A DNA stretch of 64,000 nucleotides from Candidatus Jorgensenbacteria bacterium GW2011_GWB1_50_10 (GCA_001004105.1 LCQK01000002.1:347-64346); one strand, 5' to 3'; shown: positions 1-10,816, numbered from the stretch's first letter. The notes: generated by a model not told the origin, from the letters alone. Program-made: numbers and translations.

Positions 1-68
1 ACGCAAGCGCGCATAGTATAGTAATTAGTAATTGGTAATCAGTAATTAGTCAAGTATAATTATGATTT

Positions 69-680
69 ATGGAGTTTAAATTATTTCTCTATGTCATCAT
101 CGTTCTTTCGGCGGTTTTCCATGAATACGCCCACGCCCTCACGGCTTATAAATTGGGAGATACGACGGCTAAAGACGCCGGTCGGCTTACCCTGAACCCC
201 CTGGTGCATTTGGATTTAGTGGGAACGGTGGTTGTGCCGCTCCTTCTGCTTTTTGCCTCCGGTATTTTTATCGGTTGGGCCAAGCCCGTCCCTTACAATC
301 CCGCAAATCTTCGCGACAAGCGCTACGGGTCTTTGAAGGTCGGAGCAGCGGGCCCGGGCGCGAACTTACTTATCGCCCTGATTTTGGGTCTTGTTTTGCG
401 TTTCTTGCCCCAAATTTTTCCCGGCGCCGAAGTTCTTTTTACGGCGACTTTGGGCGTTATTGTTTACATCAATATTTTTTTGGCGCTTTTTAATCTTTTG
501 CCTTTTCCGCCGCTTGACGGGAGTAAGATTTTCGCCGACGCATTTCCTAACGTCTTCCAAAAACTAGTTAACCTCGGATTTTGGGGATTCTTTTTGGCAC
601 TCCTTGCGGCTTTTTGGATACTGCCCGCCATCGCCAATATTATTTTTTCCCTTATCACTGGCAGGGGTTTTGCCTTTTAA
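69..680 (+). CDS. Site-2 protease family (M50-like) zinc metalloprotease, membrane protein
   Basis: HEYAH (HExxH) motif inside a TM helix, a downstream LDGS/LDG motif and several hydrophobic helices. Confidence 0.65.
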   Translation: MEFKLFLYVIIVLSAVFHEYAHALTAYKLGDTTAKDAGRLTLNPLVHLDLVGTVVVPLLLLFASGIFIGWAKPVPYNPANLRDKRYGSLKVGAAGPGANLLIALILGLVLRFLPQIFPGAEVLFTATLGVIVYINIFLALFNLLPFPPLDGSKIFADAFPNVFQKLVNLGFWGFFLALLAAFWILPAIANIIFSLITGRGFAF

Positions 681-725
681 AAAGCTTGACACTCGCAAAG
701 CAAAGGCCTTAACCTGAAAGCTGCC

Positions 726-1142
726 ATGCCAACGATTCAGCAACTGATTAAGAAAGGCAGGAAAAGGACGGTTCAAAAAACCAAGTCGCCGGCTTTTAGT
801 TTTTATTTCAATTACCAGAAAAACCGCCCGGTTGGTTCGCCTTCGCCCTTCAAGCGCGGCGTTTGTCTCAAGGTGTTTACCACCACCCCCAAAAAACCGA
901 ACTCGGCCCTGCGGAAAGTGGCGCGCGTCCGGCTCACCAACGGCATGGAAGTGACCGCATATATTCCCGGCGAAGGCCACAATCTTCAGGAACACTCGGT
1001 GGTTTTGCTCCGCGGCGGGAGAGTGAAGGATTTGCCGGGCGTCCGCTATCACATCGTCCGGGGCATTCTTGACGCCTCCGGCGTGGAAGCGAGAAAACAG
1101 CAGCGCTCCAAATACGGCGCGAAGCGCCCGAAAGCTAAGTGA
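726..1142 (+). CDS. rpsL: 30S ribosomal protein S12
   Basis: N-terminal [12 protein letters not shown] and conserved S12 core; first gene of the str operon order. Confidence 0.95.
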   Translation: MPTIQQLIKKGRKRTVQKTKSPAFSFYFNYQKNRPVGSPSPFKRGVCLKVFTTTPKKPNSALRKVARVRLTNGMEVTAYIPGEGHNLQEHSVVLLRGGRVKDLPGVRYHIVRGILDASGVEARKQQRSKYGAKRPKAK

Positions 1143-1155
1143 TGTCTAAATAGAA

Positions 1156-1635
1156 ATGAGAAAGAGAGGATATTATAAAAAAAGAGAGCGTCCGGTGGAC
1201 GCCGAATACAACCGCGTTGATGTTGGCCGTTTCATTAATTATTTGATGACGGGCGGCAGAAAACCCGCGGCCGAGAAAGCTTTCTACGGTGCGCTTAAGG
1301 CCATCGGAAAAACTTCAAAAGAAGAGCCGATTAAGGTTTTTGAAAAAGCGATGGAGAATGCCTCGCCGCTTGTTGAAGTGCGGTCGCGGCGGGTGGGCGG
1401 CGCGAACTACCAGATCCCGCAGGAAATCGCGCCGGACCGGCAATTCTTTTTGGCCACTCACTGGATAATTAATGCTGCCCGCAGCCGCAAGGGTAAGCCC
1501 ATTGCCGAGAAATTGGCCGAGGAATTTTTGGCCGCCGCCAAAAACGAAGGCGCTGCCATCAAGAAAAAACAGGACACGCACCGCATGGCCGAGGCGAACC
1601 GCGCCTTCGCGAGTTTCTTGAGGAAGAAAAGATAA
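1156..1635 (+). CDS. rpsG: 30S ribosomal protein S7
   Basis: S7-like sequence in the position following rpsL. Confidence 0.93.
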   Translation: MRKRGYYKKRERPVDAEYNRVDVGRFINYLMTGGRKPAAEKAFYGALKAIGKTSKEEPIKVFEKAMENASPLVEVRSRRVGGANYQIPQEIAPDRQFFLATHWIINAARSRKGKPIAEKLAEEFLAAAKNEGAAIKKKQDTHRMAEANRAFASFLRKKR

Positions 1636-1645
1636 AAAATCTTAT

Positions 1646-3751
1646 ATGCCAAGACAGTATCCCATTGAAAAAGTCCGTGATATCGGAATAATCGCCCACA
1701 TTGATGCCGGGAAGACCACCGTTTCGGAACGGGTACTTTTCTACACCGGCGTCTCCCACAAAATCGGCGAGGTGCACGAGGGTGACACGGTGATGGACTG
1801 GATGGAACAGGAGCGGGAGCGCGGCATCACTATCACTTCGGCCGCGACCACCTGTTTTTGGACGCCGACTTACCGGGAGGGTGACAAGAATTTCGAGCAC
1901 CGCATCAACTTGATTGACACGCCCGGCCACATCGATTTCACCGTTGAAGTGAAGCGCAGTTTGCGCGTTTTGGACGGCGCGGTCGTGGTTTTTGATGGAG
2001 TCGCGGGCGTTGAGCCGCAATCGGAAACGAACTGGCACTACGCCGACGAATACAAGGTGCCGCGCTTATGTTTCATCAATAAACTTGACCGGACGGGCGC
2101 GAGTTTTGACAATAGTTACAGATCAATTTTGGAGCGGCTCACTCCCAACGCCGTTCTTCTTCAGATTCCCATCGGTCTGGAAAACCATTTTGAAGGCGTG
2201 ATTGATCTTTTGACGCGCCACGCCTTCCGCTTTGAAGGCGATAAAGGTGAGAAGACGGTTGGCGGCGAGGTTCCCGACAATCTTAAGGATGAAGTTGAAA
2301 AACAAAGGCATCATCTCATTGAAAAAATCGTCGAGCACGATGACGGAGCGATGCATGAATATCTGGGAGGCGGGGAGCCGGCTTTGGATAAATTAAAAGC
2401 GGTTTTACGCAAGGCGACGATCGGAAACGCTCTGGTGCCGGTGCTCTGCGGTTCGGCCCTGAAAAACAAGGGCGTCCAACTTGTGCTCGATGCGGTGGTG
2501 GACTATCTGCCCTCGCCCGCCGATCTGCCGCCGGTCAAAGGCATTAATCCCGAAACTCACGGTGAGGAGGAAAGGAAACCGAGTGACAATGAACCGCTCT
2601 CCGCACTCGCTTTTAAAATCGCCTCCGACCCTTTTGTGGGAACGCTCACTTTTTTCCGCGTTTACTCCGGTATCATGAAGCGCGGTAGCTATATTTTGAA
2701 TTCAACCAAAGGGGGACAGGAGCGAATCGGGAGAATTCTCCGGATGCACGCCAATCACCGGGAAGAAGCGGAGGAAATTTACGCGGGCGATTTGGGAGCG
2801 CTCGTGGGCCTCAAGGATACGACAACGGGCGATACATTAACTGACCCGGAGCATCCGGTTGTTTTGGAGCAAATCACTTTCCCCGAACCGGTTATCTCCG
2901 TTAGGATTGAGCCCAAGACCAAAGTTGACCAGGAAAGAATGGGCATCGCTCTCCGCCGTTTGGCGGAAGAAGACCCAACTTTCCGGCTTCGCGGAGACAT
3001 CGAAACGGGCGAGACTATCATCTCCGGTATGGGCGAACTGCATTTGGAAATTATCGTTGACCGGATGAAGCGGGAATTCAAAGTGGAAGCGAACGTCGGC
3101 CGGCCCCAGGTTGCTTACAAGGAAACCGTGAAGGGCACGGCGGAGGCCGAGGGCAAATATATTCGGCAGTCGGGCGGCCGGGGCCAGTACGGTCACGTCT
3201 GGCTTCGCTTAGAACCGATGGAACGAGGGCAGGGCTTTGAGTTCGTCGATGCCATCAAAGGCGGCATCATTCCCCAGGAATTCATCCCGGCCGCCGAAAA
3301 AGGCGTTCACGAAGCGGTGGATAAAGGCGTGCTCGCCGGTTACCCGGTCGTGGACGTGAAGGTCACCCTCTACGACGGTTCTTATCACGAAGTGGACTCC
3401 TCGGAAATCGCTTTCAAAATCGCCTCCGCCATGGCTTTTCAAGAGGCGGCCAGGCGCGCCAAAACAGTTCTTCTTGAACCGATAATGAAAGTGCAGGTCA
3501 TCGTCCCGCCAGATTTTTTGGGCGACGTGACCGGGGATTTGAGTTCCAAGCGAGGTAAGATAAAAGCCATGGGCGAGCGGGGAACGGTCCGCACCATCGA
3601 CGCGCTTGTCCCGCTCTCGGAAATGTTCGGCTATTCGACGACCTTGCGGAGTATGACCGAAGGCCGCGGCTCTTTCACGATGGAGTTTTCTCATTACGAA
3701 GAAGTGCCGGCCTCCGTCGCAACGGCAATAATTGAAGGGAAAAAGAAATAA
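1646..3751 (+). CDS. fusA: Elongation factor G
   Basis: GTPase G1 motif AHIDAGKTT, 701 aa, str-operon position. Confidence 0.95.
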   Translation: MPRQYPIEKVRDIGIIAHIDAGKTTVSERVLFYTGVSHKIGEVHEGDTVMDWMEQERERGITITSAATTCFWTPTYREGDKNFEHRINLIDTPGHIDFTVEVKRSLRVLDGAVVVFDGVAGVEPQSETNWHYADEYKVPRLCFINKLDRTGASFDNSYRSILERLTPNAVLLQIPIGLENHFEGVIDLLTRHAFRFEGDKGEKTVGGEVPDNLKDEVEKQRHHLIEKIVEHDDGAMHEYLGGGEPALDKLKAVLRKATIGNALVPVLCGSALKNKGVQLVLDAVVDYLPSPADLPPVKGINPETHGEEERKPSDNEPLSALAFKIASDPFVGTLTFFRVYSGIMKRGSYILNSTKGGQERIGRILRMHANHREEAEEIYAGDLGALVGLKDTTTGDTLTDPEHPVVLEQITFPEPVISVRIEPKTKVDQERMGIALRRLAEEDPTFRLRGDIETGETIISGMGELHLEIIVDRMKREFKVEANVGRPQVAYKETVKGTAEAEGKYIRQSGGRGQYGHVWLRLEPMERGQGFEFVDAIKGGIIPQEFIPAAEKGVHEAVDKGVLAGYPVVDVKVTLYDGSYHEVDSSEIAFKIASAMAFQEAARRAKTVLLEPIMKVQVIVPPDFLGDVTGDLSSKRGKIKAMGERGTVRTIDALVPLSEMFGYSTTLRSMTEGRGSFTMEFSHYEEVPASVATAIIEGKKK

Positions 3752-3757
3752 GGTGTG

Positions 3758-3827
3758 CCCAGTACAATTACGCCGCCACTTCATGTCTTTTGCGCTCAAA
3801 GAGCGCCAGCGGTGTAGTTGTACTGGG
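3758..3827. repeat. Intergenic hairpin element, family A, copy 1: 19-bp stem (with G-U wobbles) enclosing a ~32-nt loop that carries a sub-hairpin GCGCTCAAAGAGCGC
   Basis: 5' arm CCCAGTACAATTACGCCGC at 3758-3776 pairs with GCGGTGTAGTTGTACTGGG at 3809-3827; both mismatches are G-U compatible. Paralogous to the element at 10304-10444. Confidence 0.6.
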
Positions 3828-3844
3828 TGTGGAAAAAGGCGGCT

Positions 3845-3880
3845 ATTGACAAGCGATACTCACTAGTTAATAATTGCCTT
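3845..3880 (+). promoter_or_regulatory. Candidate sigma70-like promoter for tuf (TTGACA, 17-nt spacer, AATAAT)
   Basis: TTGACA at 3846 followed 17 nt later by AATAAT, about 45 nt upstream of the tuf ATG. Confidence 0.35.
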
Positions 3881-3923
3881 TGCTCGCCTAAAAAGGCAGG
3901 TCGAATAAACATTTTTCATAGAT

Positions 3924-5123
3924 ATGGCAGAAAAAGAAAAATTTCAGCGAACTAAGCCCCACGTTAACGTGGGCACCATCGGTCACGTGGACCACGGCAA
4001 GACCACTCTTACCGCGGCAATTACCCACGTGCTCTTCATGAAAGGTCTTACCAAGAAAGAGGAAGGCGTTGACCAGATCGACAACGCGCCCGAGGAAAAG
4101 GCGCGGGGCATCACCATCGCCTTACACCACTCCGAGTACGAGTCAGAGAAGCGCCACTATGCGCACATTGATGCGCCGGGCCACGCCGATTACATCAAGA
4201 ACATGATTACCGGCGCCGCTCAAATGGATGGCGCGGTTCTCGTCGTTTCCGCGGCTGACGGTCCGATGCCGCAGACCCGGGAGCACATTTTGCTTGCCCG
4301 CCAGGTCGGCGTGCCGGCGATCGTCGTTTTCTTGAACAAAGTGGACATGGTTGACGACAAGGAACTCGTTGACTTAGTGGAATCGGAGGTCCGCGAGCTT
4401 TTGAAGAAGTACGAATTTCCCGGCGATGAAATCCCGGTCATCCGCGGCTCGGCCTTGAAGGCCTTGGAAGCGAAATCGGCCGATGACGAAGCGGCCAAAC
4501 CAATCTTGGATTTGGTGAAAGCTTTGGACGATCACATTCCGGAGCCGGTTCGGGAAACCGATAAACCGTTCCTTATGCCCGTTGAAGATATTTTCTCCAT
4601 TGAGGGCCGCGGCACGGTGGTTACCGGCCGGGCCGAGCGGGGTATTCTTAAAGTGAACGAAGAAGTGGAAATCGTTGGCTTAAAGCCGACGCAGAAGACC
4701 GTCGTGACCGGCGTTGAAATGTTCCAGAAGATTTTGGACGAAGCGCGGGCCGGCGACAACGTCGGTATCCTCCTTCGCGGCCTTAAAAAAGAAGACGTGG
4801 AGCGCGGCCAGGTGATTGCAAAGCCCGGCAGCGTCACGCCACACACTGAATTCGATTGCGAGGTCTACGTCCTCTCTAAAGAGGAAGGCGGCCGGCACAC
4901 GCCGTTCTTTAAGGGTTACAAGCCACAGTTCTATATAAGGACCACGGACGTGACGGGAGAAGTCATTTTGCCCGAAGGAATTGAAATGGTGATGCCGGGC
5001 GACACGATTAAAATTTCCGTTAAGCTCATCTCGCCGGTCGCGCTTGAAGAGAAACAGCGGTTCGCCATCCGCGAGGGCGGCAAGACAGTTGGCGCCGGCG
5101 TCGTCACGAAAATTAATAAATAA
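3924..5123 (+). CDS. tuf: Elongation factor Tu
   Basis: [18 protein letters not shown] and NKVD GTPase motifs; 399 aa. Confidence 0.96.
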   Translation: MAEKEKFQRTKPHVNVGTIGHVDHGKTTLTAAITHVLFMKGLTKKEEGVDQIDNAPEEKARGITIALHHSEYESEKRHYAHIDAPGHADYIKNMITGAAQMDGAVLVVSAADGPMPQTREHILLARQVGVPAIVVFLNKVDMVDDKELVDLVESEVRELLKKYEFPGDEIPVIRGSALKALEAKSADDEAAKPILDLVKALDDHIPEPVRETDKPFLMPVEDIFSIEGRGTVVTGRAERGILKVNEEVEIVGLKPTQKTVVTGVEMFQKILDEARAGDNVGILLRGLKKEDVERGQVIAKPGSVTPHTEFDCEVYVLSKEEGGRHTPFFKGYKPQFYIRTTDVTGEVILPEGIEMVMPGDTIKISVKLISPVALEEKQRFAIREGGKTVGAGVVTKINK

Positions 5124-5158
5124 GTCCTATCAGTCCCACCGGACCTATCAGAGAATGT

Positions 5159-5491
5159 ATGCCGAAAGCATCTGAGCAAGTTCAAAAAGAGAAATTAAGA
5201 TTGCGCATCAGAGCGTACGACGCCAAACTCATTGATTCGTCCTCAAGGCAAATCATTGAGGCTATCCGGCGTCAGGGCGGGGAAGTTGTTGGTCCCATTC
5301 CCTTACCGACCGAGATTCGGCGCTACACCGTGAACCGCTCCACTTTCGTGCACAAGAAATCCCGGGAGCAGTTCGAAATGAGGGTGCACAAGCGCCTGAT
5401 AGATATATTGAATCCCGGTCAAAAAATCATCGAATCTTTGACGGACCTGAACCTCCCCGGCGGAGTTGACGTGGAAATCAAAACTGGTTAG
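5159..5491 (+). CDS. rpsJ: 30S ribosomal protein S10
   Basis: S10 sequence (IRIRAYD...VHKKSREQFE); ends with a TAG stop. Confidence 0.95.
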   Translation: MPKASEQVQKEKLRLRIRAYDAKLIDSSSRQIIEAIRRQGGEVVGPIPLPTEIRRYTVNRSTFVHKKSREQFEMRVHKRLIDILNPGQKIIESLTDLNLPGGVDVEIKTG

Positions 5492-5533
5492 GATATTAGG
5501 GCTTTAGGCGATATTACAAACATATCAAAACAA

Positions 5534-5560
5534 TCCGCCTCGGGCGGGTTGTTTTGTTAA
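5534..5560 (+). terminator. Hairpin CCGCC-TCGG-GCGGG followed by a U-rich run, between rpsJ and rplC (possible attenuator)
   Basis: GC stem with a tetraloop followed by TTGTTTTGTT, directly upstream of the rplC start. Confidence 0.35.
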
Positions 5561-5567
5561 GGCGCTT

Positions 5568-6014
5568 ATGGAAAAAATCAAAGCCCAGAAAATCAACATG
5601 ACCCAGATTTGGAGAGGCGACCGGGCGGAGGCCGTCACGGTTCTTAAAGTTGTGGGCGGCGGTGATTCTTTTTTTTCCGAGATGAAACCGGGTGATAAGA
5701 TCATTGTAAGCGGCAAGAGCAAGGGTCGGGGATTCCAAGGCGTCGTGAAGCGCCACGGTTTCCACGGCGGTCCCAAAAGCCACGGCCAGAAAGACCGGCT
5801 CCGGGCGCCGGGTTCGATCGGCGCGACCGCGCCGCAGCGGGTCATTAAAGGCAAAAAAATGGCCGGTCACATGGGGCTCACGAAAGTGACCCTGAAAAAC
5901 ATGGAGGTGGCGGAAATTCGACCGGAGGAAAAAGTCCTAATGGTGAAAGGCGCGGTACCGGGTATGAAAGGCGCTTTCGTCGTAATTCAAGAAAATTTTA
6001 AAAATGATGATTGA
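5568..6014 (+). CDS. rplC: 50S ribosomal protein L3 (short form, 148 aa)
   Basis: L3 C-terminal core (GKGFQGVVKRHGF...KMAGHMG). No in-frame alternative start is available upstream; an in-frame stop lies at 5505. Confidence 0.88.
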   Translation: MEKIKAQKINMTQIWRGDRAEAVTVLKVVGGGDSFFSEMKPGDKIIVSGKSKGRGFQGVVKRHGFHGGPKSHGQKDRLRAPGSIGATAPQRVIKGKKMAGHMGLTKVTLKNMEVAEIRPEEKVLMVKGAVPGMKGAFVVIQENFKNDD

Positions 6015-6639
6015 AATTTACAACATTGAAAACAAAAAGACAGGCAAGATGGATTTACCCGAGGAAATTTTTCAGGCGCCTTGGCGGCCGGCTTTGGTTC
6101 ATCAAGTGATAACGGCGATTCTCTCAAACCGCCGCCGTCCGTTTGCACACGTGAAAGGCAGAGGCGAAGTGAGAGGCGGCGGCAAAAAACCGTGGCCGCA
6201 GAAGGGCACCGGCCAGGCCCGCCACGGTTCCATTCGTTCGCCTATCTGGAGAGGCGGCGGCGTCACTCACGGACCCTTGAAAGAGCGGACTTACGAAAAA
6301 AAGATAAACAAGGAAATGAAAAAGCAGGCGCTTTTTTCCGTTCTTTCCAAGAAGCTTTCCGACCAGGAACTGAAAATCGTGGACGAAATCAATTTGAAGG
6401 AAGCAAAGACGAAAATCTTAAACGGAATCCTCGGCAAATTTTTCGGCCAGAAGCGGAGCGTTCTCATCGTGCCCAAAACCGGCAACCGCGCTGTCCATCT
6501 TGCCGGCCGGAACATTCCGAAAACCACCGTCGGCAATCCGAACGCCTTGAACGTCTATGACTGCCTGGTCCACAAATACGTCGTTTTTGAGAAAGATGCG
6601 GTCGCCGATTTCGCCGGAACGTTTAAAAAAACAAAATGA
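6004..6639 (+). CDS. rplD: 50S ribosomal protein L4
   Basis: L4-like sequence in the S10-operon position. Confidence 0.9.
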   Translation: MMIEIYNIENKKTGKMDLPEEIFQAPWRPALVHQVITAILSNRRRPFAHVKGRGEVRGGGKKPWPQKGTGQARHGSIRSPIWRGGGVTHGPLKERTYEKKINKEMKKQALFSVLSKKLSDQELKIVDEINLKEAKTKILNGILGKFFGQKRSVLIVPKTGNRAVHLAGRNIPKTTVGNPNALNVYDCLVHKYVVFEKDAVADFAGTFKKTK

Positions 6640-7004
6640 GCATTCTTAATTTCAAAAAATCCCCGCCGAAGGCGGATCCGTCTCAGGCGGAGAAAAAGAA
6701 AGTTGAAGCGCCGGTTGGCGCCCACGGGCCGGCTAATTTCGGTTTGATAAGAAAGGCGTGGCTTAGCGAAAAGGCGGGCGACCTGGGTAAGTTCAACCAA
6801 TACGTCTTCCTGGTTCAAAATTCAGCCAACAAAAAGGAAGTGGAACGCGAAGTGGGCCGCCGTTACGGCGTGAAGGTCAAGGGCGTAAACATAATCCGTG
6901 AGCCGGGCAAAACCAAAAGAGTTGGTAACGTCGCCGGCCGCACTTCGGGCTTTAAAAAAGCAATAGTAACCCTGAAGGATGGAGAAAAACTGGAAATAAG
7001 CTAA
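6636..7004 (+). CDS. rplW: 50S ribosomal protein L23 (with N-terminal basic extension)
   Basis: L23 core YVFLV...KKEVEREV...VKV. Confidence 0.88.
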   Translation: MSILNFKKSPPKADPSQAEKKKVEAPVGAHGPANFGLIRKAWLSEKAGDLGKFNQYVFLVQNSANKKEVEREVGRRYGVKVKGVNIIREPGKTKRVGNVAGRTSGFKKAIVTLKDGEKLEIS

Positions 7005-7008
7005 ATAC

Positions 7009-7830
7009 ATGAAATCCTATAAACCGACAACCCCATCAAGGAGATTCATTACCGTGCCCGATTACCGGAGCTTGGCGAAGACCGGTCCTTTAAAATCCCT
7101 GACGCGCGCGGTTTTGAAAAAGGCGGGCCGGAATTCCAGTGGCCGCATCACCATGCGCCACCAGGGCGGCGGCGTTAAATCCATCTACCGCTTGGTGGAT
7201 TTCAAGGAAAATAAGGTGAACGTTCCGGGCCGGGTGGAAGCGATTGAATATGACCCGTACCGCACCGCTTTCATCGCCCGCGTCATCTACAAAGACGGCG
7301 AGCGGCGTTATATTCTTGCCTCGGACGGTCTCAAGGTGGGCACCACCATCGTCAATTCCGAAGACGCTCCTTTTGAAGTCGGCAACCGGACGAGCTTGAA
7401 GCGGATTCCGGTCGGCACTTTTGTCCATAACGTGGAAATCCTGCCAGGCAAAGGCGGCCAGCTGGGACGGGCCGCTGGTTCTTCCATTCAGATTCTCGCG
7501 AATGAAGAGGGCTACACCCACTTGAAGATGTCTTCCGGAGAGGTGAGGAAAGTGCCGTGGGGCGCTTTGGCCTCCATCGGTCAGGTTTCCAATCCGGAGC
7601 ACAATTTAATAGTTGTGGGCAACGCTGGCCGTTCCCGAAAAATGGGAATCAGGCCGACCGTTCGGGCCTCGGTCATGAACCCCCGCGACCACAAGTACGG
7701 CGGCGGCGAAGGCCGGACCCAGCGCGGCACGCGGCGACCCAAGGATAAATGGGGCAATATCACCGGCGGTCGCAAGACCCGCAAGAAAAAGAAGTGGTCT
7801 AACAAAATGATTTTGAAGCGGAGAAAATAA
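7009..7830 (+). CDS. rplB: 50S ribosomal protein L2
   Basis: L2 conserved core; 273 aa. Confidence 0.95.
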   Translation: MKSYKPTTPSRRFITVPDYRSLAKTGPLKSLTRAVLKKAGRNSSGRITMRHQGGGVKSIYRLVDFKENKVNVPGRVEAIEYDPYRTAFIARVIYKDGERRYILASDGLKVGTTIVNSEDAPFEVGNRTSLKRIPVGTFVHNVEILPGKGGQLGRAAGSSIQILANEEGYTHLKMSSGEVRKVPWGALASIGQVSNPEHNLIVVGNAGRSRKMGIRPTVRASVMNPRDHKYGGGEGRTQRGTRRPKDKWGNITGGRKTRKKKKWSNKMILKRRK

Positions 7831-7834
7831 ATCT

Positions 7835-8161
7835 ATGTCGCGAAGCACTAAAAAAGGACCGTACGTCGACCCGAAACTCTTGAAAAAAATCGGGAAACTG
7901 GGGCCCGGCGCCAAGGAGGTTATTAAAACCTGGTCGCGCGATTCGGAAATTTCCCCCGAGATGGTCGGCTTCACTTTCGGCGTCCATAACGGCAAGAATT
8001 TCATTGAAGTAAAGGTGAGTGAGGACATGGTCGGCCACCGCCTCGGCGAATTTTCGCCGACCCGGCGTTTCACCAGGCACGGCGGCAAGATTCAGAAAGA
8101 GCTGGAGCTCCAGGCCAAGACGGCGACGCCGCCGCCTGCCCCCGCACCCGGCGCCAAATAA
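7835..8161 (+). CDS. rpsS: 30S ribosomal protein S19 (C-terminal Pro/Ala extension)
   Basis: [18 protein letters not shown] is the S19 signature. Confidence 0.93.
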   Translation: MSRSTKKGPYVDPKLLKKIGKLGPGAKEVIKTWSRDSEISPEMVGFTFGVHNGKNFIEVKVSEDMVGHRLGEFSPTRRFTRHGGKIQKELELQAKTATPPPAPAPGAK

Positions 8162-8170
8162 TTTTAAACC

Positions 8171-8689
8171 ATGAAAGAAACCGTGACGGCAAAACTTAAA
8201 TACTTGAAAATCGCACCCCGCAAAACGAGATTTGTGGCGGATTTGGTGCGTGGTCTTCCGGTCGGGGCGGCGGAGGCCGAACTTCTCGGCAATCCCCGCC
8301 GGCCGGCCGTTGCGATTTTGAAACTTATCCGCTCGGCGGTTTCGAACGCCAAAAAGGCGACGCTCGCACCCGAGAAGCTCTACGTCAAGGAAATCAAAGT
8401 TGACCAGGGGCCGCGCCTCAAGCGTTTCATGCCGCGGGCTTTCGGCCGCTCCAATTTAATTGAGAAGAAAATGAGCCACGTCACCTTGGTTCTGGGCGTT
8501 GCCGAGAAACCTTTTGCCGAAAGATTTGTCATAGCTCCGAAACCCAAAAAAGAAAAGAAGGAGAAGAAAACAAAGGAACCGAAAGCAATAAAAGGCAAGG
8601 AAGAATTCGAAGAGAAAAAGGCCGCCGCTCCGAAGCCGAAAGCTCAACCGGGATTCTTCCGGAGAATTTTCCGCCGCAAGGCAGTATGA
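8171..8689 (+). CDS. rplV: 50S ribosomal protein L22 (with a K/E-rich C-terminal extension)
   Basis: L22 core at the N-terminus; low-complexity KEKKEKK tail. Confidence 0.88.
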   Translation: MKETVTAKLKYLKIAPRKTRFVADLVRGLPVGAAEAELLGNPRRPAVAILKLIRSAVSNAKKATLAPEKLYVKEIKVDQGPRLKRFMPRAFGRSNLIEKKMSHVTLVLGVAEKPFAERFVIAPKPKKEKKEKKTKEPKAIKGKEEFEEKKAAAPKPKAQPGFFRRIFRRKAV

Positions 8690-8720
8690 GATTTAAATAT
8701 TTAAACATTTAAGTATTCCT

Positions 8721-9413
8721 ATGGCCCAAAAGACAAAACCAGATTCGTTAAGATTAGGAATCAATAAACCGTGGTCCAGCCAGTGGTTTTTCAGGCGTAG
8801 CCGACGGTTTTTCCTGGAAGAAGACGAAATCATCCGGAAGCTGACGAGGGGAAAAATCCTCGCCTCCGGAGTGGCCGGCATTGACATAGAACGGGTGGGG
8901 GATGCCGTTCGAATCTCCATCCGGGCGGCGAGACCGGGGCTCATTATCGGCCGCGGCGGCAAGGGCATCGAGGAGCTGAAGAATCTGCTTCTCAAAGAAA
9001 TGAAAAATCTCCGTCGCAAGAACAAAATCGGTGGAAGTTTCTCCCTGAATTTGAACGTGGAGGAACTGAAGCGGATGGAAATCTCCGCCCCGGTCACGGC
9101 TCAGCAAATCGCTTTTGACATCGAAAGACGGCTCCCTTACCGCACTGCCATGAGACAGCAGATGGAAGGCCTGAAGCAGAATAAAGGTATTAAAGGCGGA
9201 AAAATAAAGATTGCCGGCCGGTTGAACGGCGCCGAAATCTCAAGGAGCGATTGGCTCGCTTTCGGCCGGATGCCTCTCCAGACGCTCCGGGCAAACATTG
9301 ACTACGGCGAAGCGACGGCTTACACCACCTACGGTACGGTGGGCATCAAGGTCTGGCTTTACAAAGGCGATATATTCGACAGCAAAGAGCAAAGCGCAAA
9401 TAGCAAATTGTAA
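8721..9413 (+). CDS. rpsC: 30S ribosomal protein S3
   Basis: KH-domain and S3 C-terminal conserved blocks. Confidence 0.94.
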   Translation: MAQKTKPDSLRLGINKPWSSQWFFRRSRRFFLEEDEIIRKLTRGKILASGVAGIDIERVGDAVRISIRAARPGLIIGRGGKGIEELKNLLLKEMKNLRRKNKIGGSFSLNLNVEELKRMEISAPVTAQQIAFDIERRLPYRTAMRQQMEGLKQNKGIKGGKIKIAGRLNGAEISRSDWLAFGRMPLQTLRANIDYGEATAYTTYGTVGIKVWLYKGDIFDSKEQSANSKL

Positions 9414-9449
9414 CGATTTGCGCTAAGCTATTAGCCATTTGCTAAAAAT

Positions 9450-9863
9450 ATGCTTCAACCCAAGAAACAAAAACACCGCAAAGTGCAAAAAGGACGCTCT
9501 CGCGGGCGCTTGAAGGAGACGCGCGGGGTTAATCTGGCTTTCGGCCAATTCGGGCTTCAGGCCCGTTCGGCCGCCTGGGTGACTTCCGCCCAAATTGAGG
9601 CCGCCCGCAAGGCCATCACTCACTCCTTAAAAAGGGAGGGCAAGCTCTGGATTCGGATTTTTCCCGATAAGCCGGTGACCAGTTTGCCGCCGGAGGTGAC
9701 TTTGGGCGGCGGCAAGGGCGACGTGAGCCATTATGTCGTGCCGGTTCGGCCCGGCCGGATGCTTTTTGAAGTTGACGGCGTGCCCAAGAAAGCCGCGACT
9801 GAAGCTCTGAGAATCGCCGGTCACAAACTGCCGGTTTTGACGAAAATCGTCGTCAAACGTTAA
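9450..9863 (+). CDS. rplP: 50S ribosomal protein L16
   Basis: MLQPKK...RGRLKE is the L16 signature. Confidence 0.94.
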   Translation: MLQPKKQKHRKVQKGRSRGRLKETRGVNLAFGQFGLQARSAAWVTSAQIEAARKAITHSLKREGKLWIRIFPDKPVTSLPPEVTLGGGKGDVSHYVVPVRPGRMLFEVDGVPKKAATEALRIAGHKLPVLTKIVVKR

Positions 9864-9867
9864 AACC

Positions 9868-10074
9868 ATGAAAAGAAAAGAACTGGAAAATTTCAAAACC
9901 AAGCCCCTACCCGAAGTCGACAAGGAAGTGAGACTTCACGAAGAGCGCTTGATGAATCTCAAAAAAGACTTGGTTTTGGGTAAGGTGAAAAACATCAGGG
10001 AAATCAGGCAAATTAAGAAAAGTCTGGCCCAGCTTTTAACCATCAAACGGTCAAGGGCGAATACCGACAAATAA
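9868..10074 (+). CDS. rpmC: 50S ribosomal protein L29
   Basis: Size, position and coiled-coil character. Confidence 0.8.
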   Translation: MKRKELENFKTKPLPEVDKEVRLHEERLMNLKKDLVLGKVKNIREIRQIKKSLAQLLTIKRSRANTDK

Positions 10075-10075
10075 C

Positions 10076-10303
10076 ATGAGGAAACTTCAAGGGACGGTTG
10101 TCTCCGACAAAATGAATAAGACAAGAGTGGTGGCGGTGGAGCGCCTTAAAAAGCACCCCCGCTACGGCAAGTATTTCAAGGTGACTCGGCGGTTTAAAGC
10201 TCACGACGAAAAAAACGAATATAAAACCGGGGACAAGGTTGTCATCCAAGAAACAAGGCCGATTAGTCGCGAGAAGCGCTGGGTTATCGTCGAAAAAATA
10301 TGA
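10076..10303 (+). CDS. rpsQ: 30S ribosomal protein S17
   Basis: S17 OB-fold sequence ([11 protein letters not shown]...). Confidence 0.9.
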   Translation: MRKLQGTVVSDKMNKTRVVAVERLKKHPRYGKYFKVTRRFKAHDEKNEYKTGDKVVIQETRPISREKRWVIVEKI

Positions 10304-10444
10304 CCCGGTACAATTACACCGCTTGCGCTAAAGGCGCACGTCATCAAAAATTAAAAATCAAAACTATGCTGCATACTCACCAAAGGTCAATGCGTATCAA
10401 ACCTACTCTGTCATTCAAGAGAATGGCGGTGTAATTGTACCGGG
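10304..10444. repeat. Intergenic hairpin element, family A, copy 2: perfect 19-bp stem (CCCGGTACAATTACACCGC / GCGGTGTAATTGTACCGGG) enclosing a 103-nt loop; fills the whole rpsQ-rplN gap
   Basis: The 5' arm begins at the first base after the rpsQ TGA stop. The 3' arm ends at the base before the rplN ATG. The loop begins TTGCGCTAAAGGCGCA, which resembles the copy-1 sub-hairpin. Confidence 0.65.
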
Positions 10445-10810
10445 ATGATACAAGAGCGAAGCATATTAAAAGTGGCCGACAACAGCGGAGCAAAACTCGT
10501 CCGCTGCTTCCGGATTTTGGGCGGTTCCAAGCGCCGTTACGCACAGATTGGCGATGTCATCGTGGTTTCCGTCCAGACGGCCGAGCCGCGGAAAGCGGTG
10601 AAGAAAAAGGATGTGGTGCGCGCGCTCGTTGTAAGGCAGAGGGCACCCATCCGCCGTTCGGACGGCACCCGTCTCCGCTTTGACGACAACGCCGTGGTCC
10701 TCGTTGATAAAAAGGAACCGAAAGCGACCCGAATTTTCGGGCCTATTCCCAGAGAAATCAAGGAAAAGGGCTACGACACCATTGCTTCCCTTGCGGAAGA
10801 ACTCGTCTAA
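10445..10810 (+). CDS. rplN: 50S ribosomal protein L14
   Basis: MIQ..ILKVADNSGAK is the L14 signature. Confidence 0.95.
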   Translation: MIQERSILKVADNSGAKLVRCFRILGGSKRRYAQIGDVIVVSVQTAEPRKAVKKKDVVRALVVRQRAPIRRSDGTRLRFDDNAVVLVDKKEPKATRIFGPIPREIKEKGYDTIASLAEELV

Positions 10811-10816
10811 AAATCC

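Noticed and set aside
1-68. GTAATTRG short repeats (x4) upstream of the first gene
   Set aside because: A low-complexity AT-rich promoter region truncated by the window edge; too short to interpret.
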